A stretch of DNA of 64,000 nucleotides from Betaproteobacteria bacterium (lineage in GTDB: Bacteria; Pseudomonadota; Gammaproteobacteria; Burkholderiales; Burkholderiaceae_C), in NCBI GenBank assembly GCA_031403955.1, contig JANNGR010000583.1, positions 3,865 to 67,864 of the forward strand, read 5' to 3'. The notes beneath the pieces were generated by a model. That model was given only the letters and a program-made list of their open reading frames with translations. It was not told the origin of the DNA and did not search any database. Position 1 is the stretch's first letter. Each line of letters begins with the position of its first letter. The position numbers and the translations under genes were made by a program. This document shows positions 1 through 10,314 of the stretch, piece by piece.

Positions 1-565
1 GGGTGCCGGTGGCGCTCAGGTGCCCGAGTCCATGCCATATCGTCCGGAAAATGTCGGCAATGATGCTTCAGCCCGGCCCTGGGAACGCAGTAACCCAATG
101 GCACTGGATCCTCTGGGCGGTGCGCCGGCTTCCAAATCGATGATTGGCTCCGCGTTAGCCGCCTCCCCGAGTTGGGGTATTCCGGACGGCTTTGACTCCG
201 ACGGTTTTCTCAAAGCGGCCAAGGCAAATTTCGTCACCCTGCAGGCGGCATGGGACAAGTCGGACATCACCGCCCTGCGCGCGATGATGACAGATGAGAT
301 GCTCGGTGAAATGAAGACCCAGCTAGCAGAGCGCGAAGTGCACACCGGCGGCCCCGCAAACCGTACCGACGTGGTGATGATCGACGCCAAACTTTTGGGC
401 ATCGACGACACCGCGGCCGATTACATGGCCAGTGTCGAGTTCTCCGGGATGATCCGCGAAGATCCGTCGGCCGGTCCGCGCCCGTTCCGGGAAGTGTGGA
501 ACATGACCAAACCCAAGGCCGGCTCAAGCGGCTGGTTGGTGGCCGGCGTGCAGGCGCTGCAATAG
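1..565 (+). CDS. Tim44-like domain protein, 5'-partial (frame is open to the window edge)
   Basis: C-terminal 'FLKAAKANFVTLQAAWD...ASVEFSGMIRE...FREVWNMTKP...WLVAGVQ' is Tim44-like; lies upstream of ubiJ-ubiB as in the usual ubiE-Tim44-ubiJ-ubiB cluster. Confidence 0.85.
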   Translation, partial: GAGGAQVPESMPYRPENVGNDASARPWERSNPMALDPLGGAPASKSMIGSALAASPSWGIPDGFDSDGFLKAAKANFVTLQAAWDKSDITALRAMMTDEMLGEMKTQLAEREVHTGGPANRTDVVMIDAKLLGIDDTAADYMASVEFSGMIREDPSAGPRPFREVWNMTKPKAGSSGWLVAGVQALQ

Positions 566-624
566 GGCGGCGTTTTGCCCGGCGCCGGCAAGGCGCCGGG
601 TGATTGCGGGAATAATCGGGGACT

Positions 625-1176
625 ATGGCAACACAGTCCCCTTTTCTTTTGCTTCAGAGTTTCGCGCAAACATTCAAAGCCAATTTTCAGGTTCCGACCT
701 GGGTGATCGAAGAAGTACAGCGGCGCATCCTGCTTCTTCTCAATCACGTACTAATGCAGGAAAAGGCGGCGACCAGCCGCCTGGTGAGGCAAAAGGGTCG
801 AGTCGTGTTGGTGCAGTGGCGCTCGTACTCCATGCGTTTTCTCGTCACTCCGGCTGGATTGCTGGATATTGCAGTTGCCACCGCGACGCCAGACCTTAGC
901 CTGTCGGTGACCGAAGAGTCCGTCGTTTCGATTGCCCAATCGGCGCTGCGCGGTGACAAACCCGCGGTGCGCATTGTTGGTGATGTGCAACTGGCCGCGG
1001 AAGTCAACTGGCTGGTCGACCATGTCCGCTGGGATATTGAAGAGGACCTTTCACGCGTGTTAGGCGACGCGCCCGCCCACGCCATGGGACAGGTTGCCCA
1101 GCGTATGGCGCGGGCATTGCGAGAGTTTGCCGGTGGGCGTTCCACTCCGGCGGATGCGGGTGGTGCGTCGGCATGA
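625..1176 (+). CDS. ubiJ: Ubiquinone biosynthesis accessory factor UbiJ (SCP2 domain)
   Basis: '[14 protein letters not shown]...[14 protein letters not shown]' signature; ATGA overlap with ubiB. Confidence 0.85.
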   Translation: MATQSPFLLLQSFAQTFKANFQVPTWVIEEVQRRILLLLNHVLMQEKAATSRLVRQKGRVVLVQWRSYSMRFLVTPAGLLDIAVATATPDLSLSVTEESVVSIAQSALRGDKPAVRIVGDVQLAAEVNWLVDHVRWDIEEDLSRVLGDAPAHAMGQVAQRMARALREFAGGRSTPADAGGASA

Positions 1177-2738
1177 GGCGCCTTTTTCGGGGCCTATTCA
1201 TCGTCTGGGTGGTATTGCGTTACGGGCTTGATGAACTGCTCCTGAGCAGCTTTCAGAAACCCGGGCTAGTGGTGTTGGCCCGCGTGGTGACGACCGGGCG
1301 CAAGCTGGACGCTCCGCGCGGCCAGCGGCTGCGACAGGCGCTGGAGCACCTTGGCCCGATTTTCGTGAAATTCGGCCAGGTTTTGTCGACCCGGCGCGAC
1401 TTGTTGCCGCTAGATATTGCGGACGAATTGGCGCGCCTGCAAGACCGGGTGCCGCCGTTTGACTCGGACATTGCGATTGCCAGCATTGAGCGCGCTTTTC
1501 GTAAACCCCTGAATGAGATATTTACATCGTTTGAACGCGAGCCGGTGGCCAGCGCATCGATCGCGCAAGTGCATTTTGCGGTTCTCAAGGACCGCAGCGG
1601 GAAACAAAGGGACGTGGCGGTCAAGGTACTGCGTCCAGGTATGTTGCCGGCAATTGAAAAGGATCTGAGCCTGATGCGCATGATGGCCGCGTGGGTTGAA
1701 AACATTTCGGCCGATGGCAAACGGCTGAAACCGCGTGAGGTCGTGGCCGAATTCGACAAATACCTGCACGATGAGCTGGATCTGGTTCGGGAGGCGGCGT
1801 GCGCGGCACAATTACGGCGCAACATGGCCGGATTGGACCTGGTCCTGATACCGGAAATGTATTGGGACTATTGCAGCCCTGACGTGATCGTGATGGAGCG
1901 TATGCGTGGCATTCCGATCAGCCAGACGGCCAGGCTTCGGGAGGCCGGGGTTGACATACCCAAACTTGCGCGTGACGGTGTAACCCTGTTTTTCACGCAG
2001 GTGTTTCGCGATGGCTTTTTCCATGCCGACATGCATCCCGGCAATATTCAGGTCAGCGTTGATCCATCTACTTTCGGGCGCTATATCTCACTGGACTTCG
2101 GCATCGTCGGCACTCTGACCGAATTCGACAAAGAATACCTGGCGCAAAATTTCACGGCGTTTTTTCGCCGTGACTACAAGCGGGTCGCCGAGTTGCATAT
2201 CGAGTCGGGCTGGGTGCCGGCGGGCACGCGGGTGGACGAGCTCGAAGGGGCGGTGCGTTCGGTCTGCGAACCGTATTTCGACCGGCCGCTAAAGGAGATT
2301 TCGCTCGGCATGGTGCTGATGCGCCTGTTTCAGACCTCGCGCCGCTTCCATGTCGAGATCCAGCCGCAGCTGGTGCTGTTGCAAAAGACGCTGCTCAATA
2401 TTGAAGGACTGGGGCGCGAACTCGACCCTGACCTTGACCTATGGAACAGCGCCAAGCCGTTTCTCGAAAAATGGATGGTCGAGCAGTTGGGCCCGCAGAA
2501 ATTGATGGACCAACTCAAGGAGGAAGCGCCCCGGTACGCCAAACTGCTGCCCGAACTACCACGTTTGCTGCATGACTATCTCAAGCAGCAGCCTGACAAT
2601 CTGAAGCGGGAATTGAGCGATTTGCTGGCCGAACAGAAACGGACCAACCGCTTGTTGCAGGGGCTGATTTATGGCGGAGTTGGTTTCGCCCTGGGCTTGT
2701 TGCTGATGCAGTTGATCGTGCGGGTTAAGGTGTTTTAG
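1173..2738 (+). CDS. ubiB: Ubiquinone biosynthesis ABC1-family kinase UbiB
   Basis: '[17 protein letters not shown]', 'ASASIAQVH', 'VAVKVLRP', '[10 protein letters not shown]', 'LDFGIVG'. Confidence 0.97.
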   Translation: MRRLFRGLFIVWVVLRYGLDELLLSSFQKPGLVVLARVVTTGRKLDAPRGQRLRQALEHLGPIFVKFGQVLSTRRDLLPLDIADELARLQDRVPPFDSDIAIASIERAFRKPLNEIFTSFEREPVASASIAQVHFAVLKDRSGKQRDVAVKVLRPGMLPAIEKDLSLMRMMAAWVENISADGKRLKPREVVAEFDKYLHDELDLVREAACAAQLRRNMAGLDLVLIPEMYWDYCSPDVIVMERMRGIPISQTARLREAGVDIPKLARDGVTLFFTQVFRDGFFHADMHPGNIQVSVDPSTFGRYISLDFGIVGTLTEFDKEYLAQNFTAFFRRDYKRVAELHIESGWVPAGTRVDELEGAVRSVCEPYFDRPLKEISLGMVLMRLFQTSRRFHVEIQPQLVLLQKTLLNIEGLGRELDPDLDLWNSAKPFLEKWMVEQLGPQKLMDQLKEEAPRYAKLLPELPRLLHDYLKQQPDNLKRELSDLLAEQKRTNRLLQGLIYGGVGFALGLLLMQLIVRVKVF

Positions 2739-2853
2739 GGCGCGCGTAAGCAGACTTGGCAACGCCGTCGCTCAAAGTGGTCATGTGGTCTGTAGTGGTC
2801 GCGAAGTTATACTTGAAGGTTTTTGCAACCGGCAAAACCAGAGCGACAACACC

Positions 2854-3216
2854 ATGCCCATTTACTCCTACAAATGTGATTCCTGCGGGTTTGCGAAGGA
2901 TGTTTTGCAGAAACTTTCCGATGTACCCTTGTCGCAGTGCCCGTCCTGCGGCGTTGCGTCTTTCATGAAACAAGTCACCTCGGCGGGCTTTCTGCTCAAG
3001 GGCTCTGGCTGGTACGCGACCGACTTCAAAGGCGGCAACAACGTTGCCCCGGCGGCGGGTGAAGATAAGTCCGCCACCAGTGGTGAACCCAAGACGGACG
3101 GCAACAAGGACGCCAAATCCGAACCCAAGAGTGAGCCCAAGGTCGAAACCAAACCGGCCGACAGCGCGGCCGTGAAGAAACCCGCCGCAGCGCCGGCAGC
3201 GGGGTCTGGGACTTGA
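2854..3216 (+). CDS. FmdB-family zinc ribbon protein with low-complexity tail
   Basis: 'MPIYSYKCDSCG...CPSCG...GSGWYATDF'; ATG at 2854 chosen. Confidence 0.9.
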   Translation: MPIYSYKCDSCGFAKDVLQKLSDVPLSQCPSCGVASFMKQVTSAGFLLKGSGWYATDFKGGNNVAPAAGEDKSATSGEPKTDGNKDAKSEPKSEPKVETKPADSAAVKKPAAAPAAGSGT

Positions 3217-3244
3217 GTCTGGTCGCGCGATTGCACGACTTTCC

Positions 3245-3892
3245 ATGCCGATAAAGAAATACCTGATAACAGGCCTGTTGGTCTGGCTGCCGTTGGCCAT
3301 CACGGTGTGGGTGATGTTATGGCTGATTGGCCTGCTGGATGGCATTTTTGGTGGCGTGTTGTCCGGCCTGGAGGCTTTTGTACCTGGTGGCACCAGTCCG
3401 GTTATCGACCAGCTACGGTCGATTCACGGACTCGGCGTCATCCTGGTGTTCGTGACCCTGTTGGCAACTGGCGCACTGGTGTCCAACGTGGCGGGGCGTT
3501 GGTGGGTCAGGCAGTGGGATCGGCTGTTTGCCAATATTCCGATATTCAAATCTATCTACACCAGCGTCAAGAAAATATCGAACACCCTGTTTTCCAGCGA
3601 CGGCAACGCGTTTCGCAGGGCTTTGCTGATCCAGTACCCGCGCGCGGGTTCCTGGACAGTGGCTTTTCAGACCGGTACTCCTGGCGGGGAAGTGGCGCAA
3701 CACCTTGGCGCGGAGTATGTCAGTGTGTACGTACCAACCACGCCGAATCCGACCAGCGGCTTTTTCCTGATGCTGCCGCGAGTCGAAGTGATTGAGTTGG
3801 AGATGAGTGTGGACGAAGCGCTGACTTACGTAATCTCCATGGGTGCCGTTGCGCCAAGTCCCAGCATCCGGAGCCGTCCCGGCTCGAAATAA
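3245..3892 (+). CDS. DUF502 membrane protein
   Basis: '[17 protein letters not shown]', '[13 protein letters not shown]'; typical position between FmdB and aspS. Confidence 0.9.
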   Translation: MPIKKYLITGLLVWLPLAITVWVMLWLIGLLDGIFGGVLSGLEAFVPGGTSPVIDQLRSIHGLGVILVFVTLLATGALVSNVAGRWWVRQWDRLFANIPIFKSIYTSVKKISNTLFSSDGNAFRRALLIQYPRAGSWTVAFQTGTPGGEVAQHLGAEYVSVYVPTTPNPTSGFFLMLPRVEVIELEMSVDEALTYVISMGAVAPSPSIRSRPGSK

Positions 3893-3942
3893 ATCAATTG
3901 TTAGCTGAGCCGGCGTCTGCCGCGGCGCCCAGAAAGCCAATT

Positions 3943-5769
3943 ATGTCCATGCGTTCGCATTACTGCGGTCTTGTGACCGAAGCCCTGTTAGGTCAATCCG
4001 TTTCCCTGTGTGGATGGGTAAACCGGCGCCGCGACCACGGTGGCGTTATTTTTGTCGATGTGCGTGACCGTGAAGGTTATGTTCAGGTGGTTTGCGATCC
4101 GGACCGGGCGGATATGTTCGCGCGCGCGGAAGGATTGCGCAACGAGTTTTGTATTCAGGTTCGCGGTCTGGTACGCGAGCGGCCGGCGGGCACTGTCAAT
4201 GACAACCTGCGCAGTGGAAAAATCGAAGTCCTTTGCCATGAATTGACAGTGCTCAACCCGTCGGTGACGCCGCCGTTCCAGCTTGACGACGACAATCTGA
4301 GCGAAACGACGCGCCTGACACACCGGGTACTTGACTTGCGCCGCCCTTACATGCAGAACAATTTGATGCTGCGCTACCGGGTGTCGATGGAAGTGCGGAA
4401 GTTTCTCGACGCCAACGGTTTCATCGATATTGAAACCCCCATGTTGACCAAGTCGACGCCCGAAGGTGCGCGCGACTACCTGGTTCCCAGCCGCGTACAC
4501 GACGGTTATTTTTTCGCCTTGCCGCAGTCACCGCAGTTGTTCAAGCAGTTGCTGATGGTGGCGGGTTATGACCGGTATTACCAGATCACGAAATGTTTTC
4601 GCGACGAAGACTTGCGCGCCGACCGGCAACCCGAGTTCACCCAGATTGACATCGAGACTTCCTTCATGGACGAGCAGGAAATTCGCGCCTTGACGCAGGC
4701 CATGATTACCACCGTGTTCAGGAACACAATGGGCGTCGATCTGGGTGAGTTTCCGGTGATGGCGTATTCGGAGGCAATGCACCGCTACGGCTCCGACAAA
4801 CCGGACTTGCGCGTGCAGCTGGAATTCACCGAGCTGACTGAAGTGATGGCCGATGTCGATTTCAAGGTGTTTTCGAGTGCTGCCAACGCCAAAGGCGGGC
4901 GGGTGGTTGCGTTGCGTGTGCCGTTCGGCGCCAGGGAATCAGGCGGTTTGAGCCGCGGCGACATTGACGCTTATACCGAGTTCGTGAAGATTTACGGCGC
5001 CAAAGGCCTGGCGTACATCAAGGTAAATGACGCCGCACGCGGCGCGGGTGACAAGCAGGCGCGCTGGCCAGGTTTGCAAAGCCCGATTGTCAAGAACCTG
5101 CACGACCGGGCTATTACCGAGGTTTTGGCACGTACCGGCGCGCAGGATGGCGATTTGATTTTTTTCGGCGCGGACAAGGCCAAAATCGTCAACGACGCCA
5201 TCGGTGCGCTGCGGGTGAAAATCGGGCACAGTGAGTTTGGCCGCAATCACGGCCTGTTTGTGTCTGGCTGGCGCCCGTTGTGGGTGGTGGATTTCCCGAT
5301 GTTCGAGTTTGACGAGGAAGCACAGCGTTACAGCGCGACCCACCATCCGTTCACGGCGCCCAAGGATGGCCATGAAGACTGGATGGTTTCCGCGCCCGAG
5401 AAATGTATCTCCAAGGGTTACGACATGGTGCTCAACGGCTGGGAGATGGGTGGCGGATCGGTGCGTATCCACCGCGCCGATGTGCAGCAGAAGGTTTTCG
5501 ACGCGCTAAAGATCACGCCCGATGAGGCGCAACTCAAGTTTGGTTTTCTTCTCGATGCGCTGCAGTACGGCGCGCCGCCCCATGGTGGGCTGGCGTTCGG
5601 TCTGGACCGCATCGTGACGCTGATGACCGGAGCCGAGTCGATCCGGGACGTGATCGCTTTCCCGAAAACCCAACGCGCCCAATGTCTGCTCACCAACGCG
5701 CCGTCGCCGGTGGACGAAAAGCAGTTGCGCGAATTGCATATCCGGCTACGAACGGTTGCAGTGGATTGA
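3943..5769 (+). CDS. aspS: Aspartate--tRNA(Asp/Asn) ligase, non-discriminating type
   Basis: 'MRSHYCG', 'RRRDHGG', '[18 protein letters not shown]', '[14 protein letters not shown]'; His in RDHGG and Gly in RPAG are the non-discriminating determinants. Confidence 0.97.
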   Translation: MSMRSHYCGLVTEALLGQSVSLCGWVNRRRDHGGVIFVDVRDREGYVQVVCDPDRADMFARAEGLRNEFCIQVRGLVRERPAGTVNDNLRSGKIEVLCHELTVLNPSVTPPFQLDDDNLSETTRLTHRVLDLRRPYMQNNLMLRYRVSMEVRKFLDANGFIDIETPMLTKSTPEGARDYLVPSRVHDGYFFALPQSPQLFKQLLMVAGYDRYYQITKCFRDEDLRADRQPEFTQIDIETSFMDEQEIRALTQAMITTVFRNTMGVDLGEFPVMAYSEAMHRYGSDKPDLRVQLEFTELTEVMADVDFKVFSSAANAKGGRVVALRVPFGARESGGLSRGDIDAYTEFVKIYGAKGLAYIKVNDAARGAGDKQARWPGLQSPIVKNLHDRAITEVLARTGAQDGDLIFFGADKAKIVNDAIGALRVKIGHSEFGRNHGLFVSGWRPLWVVDFPMFEFDEEAQRYSATHHPFTAPKDGHEDWMVSAPEKCISKGYDMVLNGWEMGGGSVRIHRADVQQKVFDALKITPDEAQLKFGFLLDALQYGAPPHGGLAFGLDRIVTLMTGAESIRDVIAFPKTQRAQCLLTNAPSPVDEKQLRELHIRLRTVAVD

Positions 5770-5783
5770 CCTGGGCGCCAACC

Positions 5784-6263
5784 ATGCCCGGAGATTTCAA
5801 GATTCCGCAATCGGTGCTGGTGGTTATCTACACCCGGGCGCTGGATGTGCTGCTGATCAAACGCGCCGATGCAGTGGATTTCTGGCAATCCGTCACCGGC
5901 AGCCTGGAGAGCCTGCAGGAGTCATACCAGGTGACCGCGGCGCGCGAGGTATTCGAAGAAACCGGCATCGACTGTCGGCCTGGCACGCCGCTGCATCCAA
6001 ACCTGGTCGATTGGCAGCTAGAGAACGTGTACGACATCTACCCCCGATGGCAACACCGTTATGCTGAAGGCGTCAGCCGCAATACCGAACATCTTTTTGG
6101 CTTGTTGGTTCCGTCCGGCACACCGGTATTGCTAAGCCCGCCGGAGCACAGCGCCTACCAGTGGCTGGGCTGGCGTCAAGCCGCCGATGCCTGTTTTTCC
6201 CCTTCCAACGCCGAAGCCATATTGATGTTGCCGCGCTGCAGCGCCCTGGAGCGTGCCCTTTGA
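5784..6263 (+). CDS. nudB: Dihydroneopterin triphosphate diphosphatase (Nudix)
   Basis: 'FKIPQSVLVVI', 'FWQSVTGS', Nudix box 'AAREVFEETGI', 'CFSPSNAEAI'; follows aspS. Confidence 0.92.
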   Translation: MPGDFKIPQSVLVVIYTRALDVLLIKRADAVDFWQSVTGSLESLQESYQVTAAREVFEETGIDCRPGTPLHPNLVDWQLENVYDIYPRWQHRYAEGVSRNTEHLFGLLVPSGTPVLLSPPEHSAYQWLGWRQAADACFSPSNAEAILMLPRCSALERAL

Positions 6264-6994
6264 ACCTGATACGGGTTGCCACCTACAACATCCACAAGGG
6301 CGTGCAGGGTGTAGGTCCGCGGCGCCGTCTGGAGATTCACAACCTGGGCCATGCGGTCGAGCAACTAGACGCGGATATCGTCTGTTTGCAGGAGGTGCGC
6401 AAGGTCCATCGAGGGGAGGCGCGGTATTTCACGCGCTGGCCGGAACTGCCACAGGCCGACTTCCTCGCGCCGGAAGGTTACCAAGCGGTGTACCGCTCCA
6501 ACGCCTTTACGCGTCACGGTGAACATGGCAACGCACTGTTGTCGCGCTGGCCGGTGCTTGACCACCAGCATGAGGATATTTCAGACCACCGCTTCGAGCA
6601 GCGGGGTTTGCTGCATTCGGAGTTGATGGTGCATGGCCGCGCCGTACACGTGGTGGTGGTGCACCTGGGGCTGATCCGCGCCAGCCGCGCGCGCCAGGTT
6701 GCACAACTGCAGCGCTTTGTCGAGCGCGAAGTGCCCGCCGGTGCGCCGCTGCTGGTGGCCGGTGATTTCAATGATTGGGGAGCGATGGTGCAGCGCGAGC
6801 TGGCCACCATCGGTCTGCACGCCTTCCAGGGTTTGCGCCAGGCGACCTTTCCGGCCCGGCTTCCGCTGGTGCAACTGGACCATGTATTCGCGCGCGGATT
6901 GGAGCCATTGAGCGCACACGTTCCACGCGGGCGGATTTGGTGGCGCATGTCCGACCATCTGCCGCTGATCGCCGAATTCGCATTGCGCGGTTGA
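6260..6994 (+). CDS. Endonuclease/exonuclease/phosphatase family protein (YbhP-like)
   Basis: 'VATYNIHKG', 'DIVCLQEV', 'AGDFNDW', 'LDH', 'SDHLPL'; TTG start overlaps the nudB stop. Confidence 0.9.
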   Translation: MNLIRVATYNIHKGVQGVGPRRRLEIHNLGHAVEQLDADIVCLQEVRKVHRGEARYFTRWPELPQADFLAPEGYQAVYRSNAFTRHGEHGNALLSRWPVLDHQHEDISDHRFEQRGLLHSELMVHGRAVHVVVVHLGLIRASRARQVAQLQRFVEREVPAGAPLLVAGDFNDWGAMVQRELATIGLHAFQGLRQATFPARLPLVQLDHVFARGLEPLSAHVPRGRIWWRMSDHLPLIAEFALRG

Positions 6995-8253
6995 CTGGTC
7001 TGGCACCCGCCGTGGCACAGTTTCGGCCAGCGCACCAGGTGCAACTATTGCAAGGCGGGCAAGAGTATTTTGCGTCGCTGGTACAGGCCATCGACCAGAG
7101 CCGGCGTGAAGTCCAGATGGAAACCTACATCTTCCACACCGACGCCTCGGGCGGTCTGGTGGCCGCGGCACTGGAGCGTGCTGCCGCGCGTGGGGTGCAG
7201 GTCTGCCTGATGATGGATGGTTTCGGCACACCGCAGTTGCCACCCGAATGGGTCGCGCGTTTTGACCACAGTGGCGTGCGTTGGCGCATTTTTTCGCCGC
7301 TCGGGCGGCTTGGAATGTTTATTCCGAGCCGGTGGCGGCGCTTGCATCGCAAGCTGTGTGTGGTTGATGGCACTTTTGCTTATTGCGGTGGCATCAACGT
7401 GCTGGATGATTTTTTTGACCCGAACCACGGGGCCTTGAACGAACCGCGGCTGGACTTCGCCGTGCGCGTGACCGGCCCGCTGGTGCAGGATGTGCTGGAG
7501 GCCATGACCCGATTCTGGTTGCGTTTGAAGTTGACCGCCGAAATGCGCGGCAGCGAGTTCCCGGCCGCATGGCGAGCCCTGCAAAGCTCCATGCGCCTGG
7601 TGTTGTCGGACCGCCTGCGCAGTGACGCCGGTGCGCAAGAGCGGATGCCGGGCCAGGGCGACACGGCGTCCAGCCGCGGCGCGCGGGCCGAACTGGTGTT
7701 GCGCGACAACCTGCGCAACCGCACCCGCATCGAGCGCGCGTATCGCAAGGCCATCGGCGAGGCGCGCCAGGAAATCATCATCGCGAATGCGTATTTCCTG
7801 CCCGGTGCGAGGTTGCGCAAGGCCCTGATCCATGCGGCCCGGCGCGGGGTGCGGGTGCGATTGCTGTTGCAGGGGCGGTACGAGTATTTTCTGCAATACC
7901 ACGCGTCGCGACCGGTGTATGGCGCGTTGCTGGACGCTGGCATCGAGATTCACGAATACTCGGCCAGTTTTCTGCACGCCAAAGTCGCGGTCGTCGATGC
8001 CCGTTGGGCCACCGTGGGGTCTTCGAATCTCGATCCGCTGAGCCTGCTGCTGGCGCGTGAAGCCAACGTGGTGGTAGACGACGTGGAATTTGCCGGCACG
8101 TTACGCGAGCGCCTGGAGCACGCCATGGCGCATGGGGGCAAACTGGTCGACGCGGCCGCGTTTGCCAACCGTCCGTGGCGCCAGCGCCTGCTCGAAACGC
8201 TGGCCTTCGCGGGCATGCGTACGGCACTGTTTCTGATTGGCCGGCGTTATTGA
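6991..8253 (+). CDS. clsB: Cardiolipin synthase B (two HKD motifs)
   Basis: 'LHRKLCVVDG' and 'LHAKVAVVD'; TTG start at 6991 overlaps the upstream stop; EEP-clsB pairing as in ybhP-clsB. Confidence 0.9.
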   Translation: MTGLAPAVAQFRPAHQVQLLQGGQEYFASLVQAIDQSRREVQMETYIFHTDASGGLVAAALERAAARGVQVCLMMDGFGTPQLPPEWVARFDHSGVRWRIFSPLGRLGMFIPSRWRRLHRKLCVVDGTFAYCGGINVLDDFFDPNHGALNEPRLDFAVRVTGPLVQDVLEAMTRFWLRLKLTAEMRGSEFPAAWRALQSSMRLVLSDRLRSDAGAQERMPGQGDTASSRGARAELVLRDNLRNRTRIERAYRKAIGEARQEIIIANAYFLPGARLRKALIHAARRGVRVRLLLQGRYEYFLQYHASRPVYGALLDAGIEIHEYSASFLHAKVAVVDARWATVGSSNLDPLSLLLAREANVVVDDVEFAGTLRERLEHAMAHGGKLVDAAAFANRPWRQRLLETLAFAGMRTALFLIGRRY

Positions 8254-8285
8254 TTGCATGCATCAAACGCTGGTAGGATGGGCTC

Positions 8286-9011
8286 ATGTTGATGCCGTCC
8301 CACACTACCATGCCTGCAACCGATGCCGATGAAGGCACGCCGGTTTCGGTCCGGATCCGCGAACGTTTGAAGAGCGCGCGCAAGCGCTTCAACGCCAACG
8401 ACAATATTGCGGACTATATCGAGCCAGGCGAACTTGAATTGCTGCTCGACGAGGTCGAAGTCAAGATGAAGGGTGTCCTGAGCAGTCTGGTGATTGACAC
8501 CGAGCGTGACCACAACACCGACGATACGGCGCGCCGCGTCGCCAAGATGTATGTCAACGAAGTTTTCAGGGGCCGTTACGTCAAGGCCCCGACCATCACC
8601 GAGTTTCCCAACGCCGAACATTTGAACGAACTCTTGATCGTCGGCCCGATTACGGTGCGCAGCGCGTGTAGTCACCATTTCTGTCCGGTGATCGGCAAGA
8701 TCTGGATTGGCGTGATGCCCAACGAACATACCAACGTGATCGGTCTGTCCAAATACGCGCGCCTGGCCGAGTGGATCATGGGCCGTCCGCAGATCCAGGA
8801 AGAAGCGGTGGTGCAGTTGGCCGACCTGATCCAGCAAAAAACCCAGCCTGATGGTCTGGCCATCGTGATGGAAGCCAGCCACTATTGCATGGCCTGGCGT
8901 GGCGTGAAGGACATGGACAGCAAGATGATCAATTCGGTGATGCGCGGCGTATTCCTGAAGGATTCCACCTTGCGCCGGGAATTCCTTTCCCTGCTCCCCC
9001 GCAAAGGCTGA
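8286..9011 (+). CDS. folE: GTP cyclohydrolase I
   Basis: 'TARRVAKMY', 'SACSHH', 'GLSKYARL', 'RPQIQEE', 'HYCMAWRGV'; the start could be 8310. Confidence 0.95.
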   Translation: MLMPSHTTMPATDADEGTPVSVRIRERLKSARKRFNANDNIADYIEPGELELLLDEVEVKMKGVLSSLVIDTERDHNTDDTARRVAKMYVNEVFRGRYVKAPTITEFPNAEHLNELLIVGPITVRSACSHHFCPVIGKIWIGVMPNEHTNVIGLSKYARLAEWIMGRPQIQEEAVVQLADLIQQKTQPDGLAIVMEASHYCMAWRGVKDMDSKMINSVMRGVFLKDSTLRREFLSLLPRKG

Positions 9012-9015
9012 AACC

Positions 9016-9438
9016 ATGCTGGTACGTCTTCTTTATGCGAGCCGCGCCGTGGATACCAGCAGCGACGCAATCGACGCAATCCTGTCGCAGTCACGCCACT
9101 CCAATCCGATGTGCGGCATTACCGGCATTCTTTGTTACGGTGGTGGCATATTCCTGCAGGCGATCGAAGGTGGCCGCATGGCGGTAAGCGATCTCTATGG
9201 GCATATCCAGAGGGATGCGCGCCATAAAGACGTGGTGCTGTTGCATTATGAGGAAATCACCGAACGCCGTTTTGGCGGTTGGACCATGGGCCAGGTGAAC
9301 ATGTCCAGAATCAACGCCTCGATTCTGCTCAAGTACGCCGAAAAATCCGAACTTGACCCGTACTCGGTGTCGGGCAAGGTGTCGCTCGCCTTGCTGGAAG
9401 AATTGATGGCCACCGCGTCCATCATGGGACGGGCGTAG
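9016..9438 (+). CDS. Stand-alone BLUF blue-light sensor protein
   Basis: Y7, N30, Q48, W89 and M91 all present ('LLYAS', 'SNPMCGITG', 'FLQAIEG', 'RRFGGWTM'); no effector domain. Confidence 0.93.
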   Translation: MLVRLLYASRAVDTSSDAIDAILSQSRHSNPMCGITGILCYGGGIFLQAIEGGRMAVSDLYGHIQRDARHKDVVLLHYEEITERRFGGWTMGQVNMSRINASILLKYAEKSELDPYSVSGKVSLALLEELMATASIMGRA

Positions 9439-9449
9439 AAGTCAATACA

Positions 9450-10310
9450 GTGGCCGGGTTGATCGGTTGCGACTTCAGCAGTCGTCCCGGCAAGAACAAG
9501 CCGATTGTGATCGCCCGCGGTGTCCTGCATGACACCGATGTGCACCTCCAGGCAATTGAGCGGCTCGAAACACTGGATGCGTTTGGGCACTGGCTCGCCG
9601 GACCCGGTGATTGGGTGGGCGCATTTGATTTCCCTTTTGGCTTGCCGCGCGAACTGGTGCAAGCGCTGAACTGGCCGACGACCTGGGAGGCTTGTATAGC
9701 CCACTTTGCGAGCCTGAGCCGGCAGGAGATCCGTGACCGGTTCGCCGCCTTTTGTAATGCCCGTGTCCCCGGCGCCAAGTTCGCGCACCGTGCGACCGAT
9801 CGGCCGGCAGGTTCGAGCCCATCGATGAAATGGGTCAATCCCCCGGTCGCCTACATGCTGCATGCCGGTGTACCGCGGTTGATTGCCGCGGGGATCCATA
9901 TTCCGGGTCTATATGCTGGGCAGCGCAGCGAATTCGATGGTGATGGCCGGCCGCGCCGGGTTGCCCTTGAAGGTTACCCGGGCATGCTGGCGCGTGAAGT
10001 TTTGGGCGCGGTTAGTTACAAGAGCGACGACAAGGCCCGGCAGTCACCGCAACGATTGGCGCGTCGCAGGCATTTGCTTGAAGTCCTCGAAAACGGCAAC
10101 ACCAGGCTTGGTTTGCGGCTCAAACTGAACCAACGCCAACGCGCCTTGCTGGTAACCGACGCGAGCGGCGACAGCCTGGACGCTGTCTTGTGTCTGCTGC
10201 TGGCGGGTTGGGGCAGTCAACGCGGGTGGCCCTGGTTTGGCCTGCCCGAAACGTTTGATCCGCTGGAAGGCTGGATCGTCGGCGCGATGCCCGCAGCGCA
10301 CGATCGATGA
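9450..10310 (+). CDS. DUF429 domain protein (predicted RNase H-like nuclease)
   Basis: 'IGCDFSS', 'AFDFPFGLP', 'LEGYPG', 'DSLDAVLC' acidic pattern. Confidence 0.8.
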   Translation: MAGLIGCDFSSRPGKNKPIVIARGVLHDTDVHLQAIERLETLDAFGHWLAGPGDWVGAFDFPFGLPRELVQALNWPTTWEACIAHFASLSRQEIRDRFAAFCNARVPGAKFAHRATDRPAGSSPSMKWVNPPVAYMLHAGVPRLIAAGIHIPGLYAGQRSEFDGDGRPRRVALEGYPGMLAREVLGAVSYKSDDKARQSPQRLARRRHLLEVLENGNTRLGLRLKLNQRQRALLVTDASGDSLDAVLCLLLAGWGSQRGWPWFGLPETFDPLEGWIVGAMPAAHDR

Positions 10311-10314
10311 ATTT

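Noticed and set aside
578-600. CCCGGCGCC/GGCGCCGGG hairpin as an intrinsic terminator
   Set aside because: No downstream U-tract on the + strand, and it lies within an apparent operon; function unsupported.
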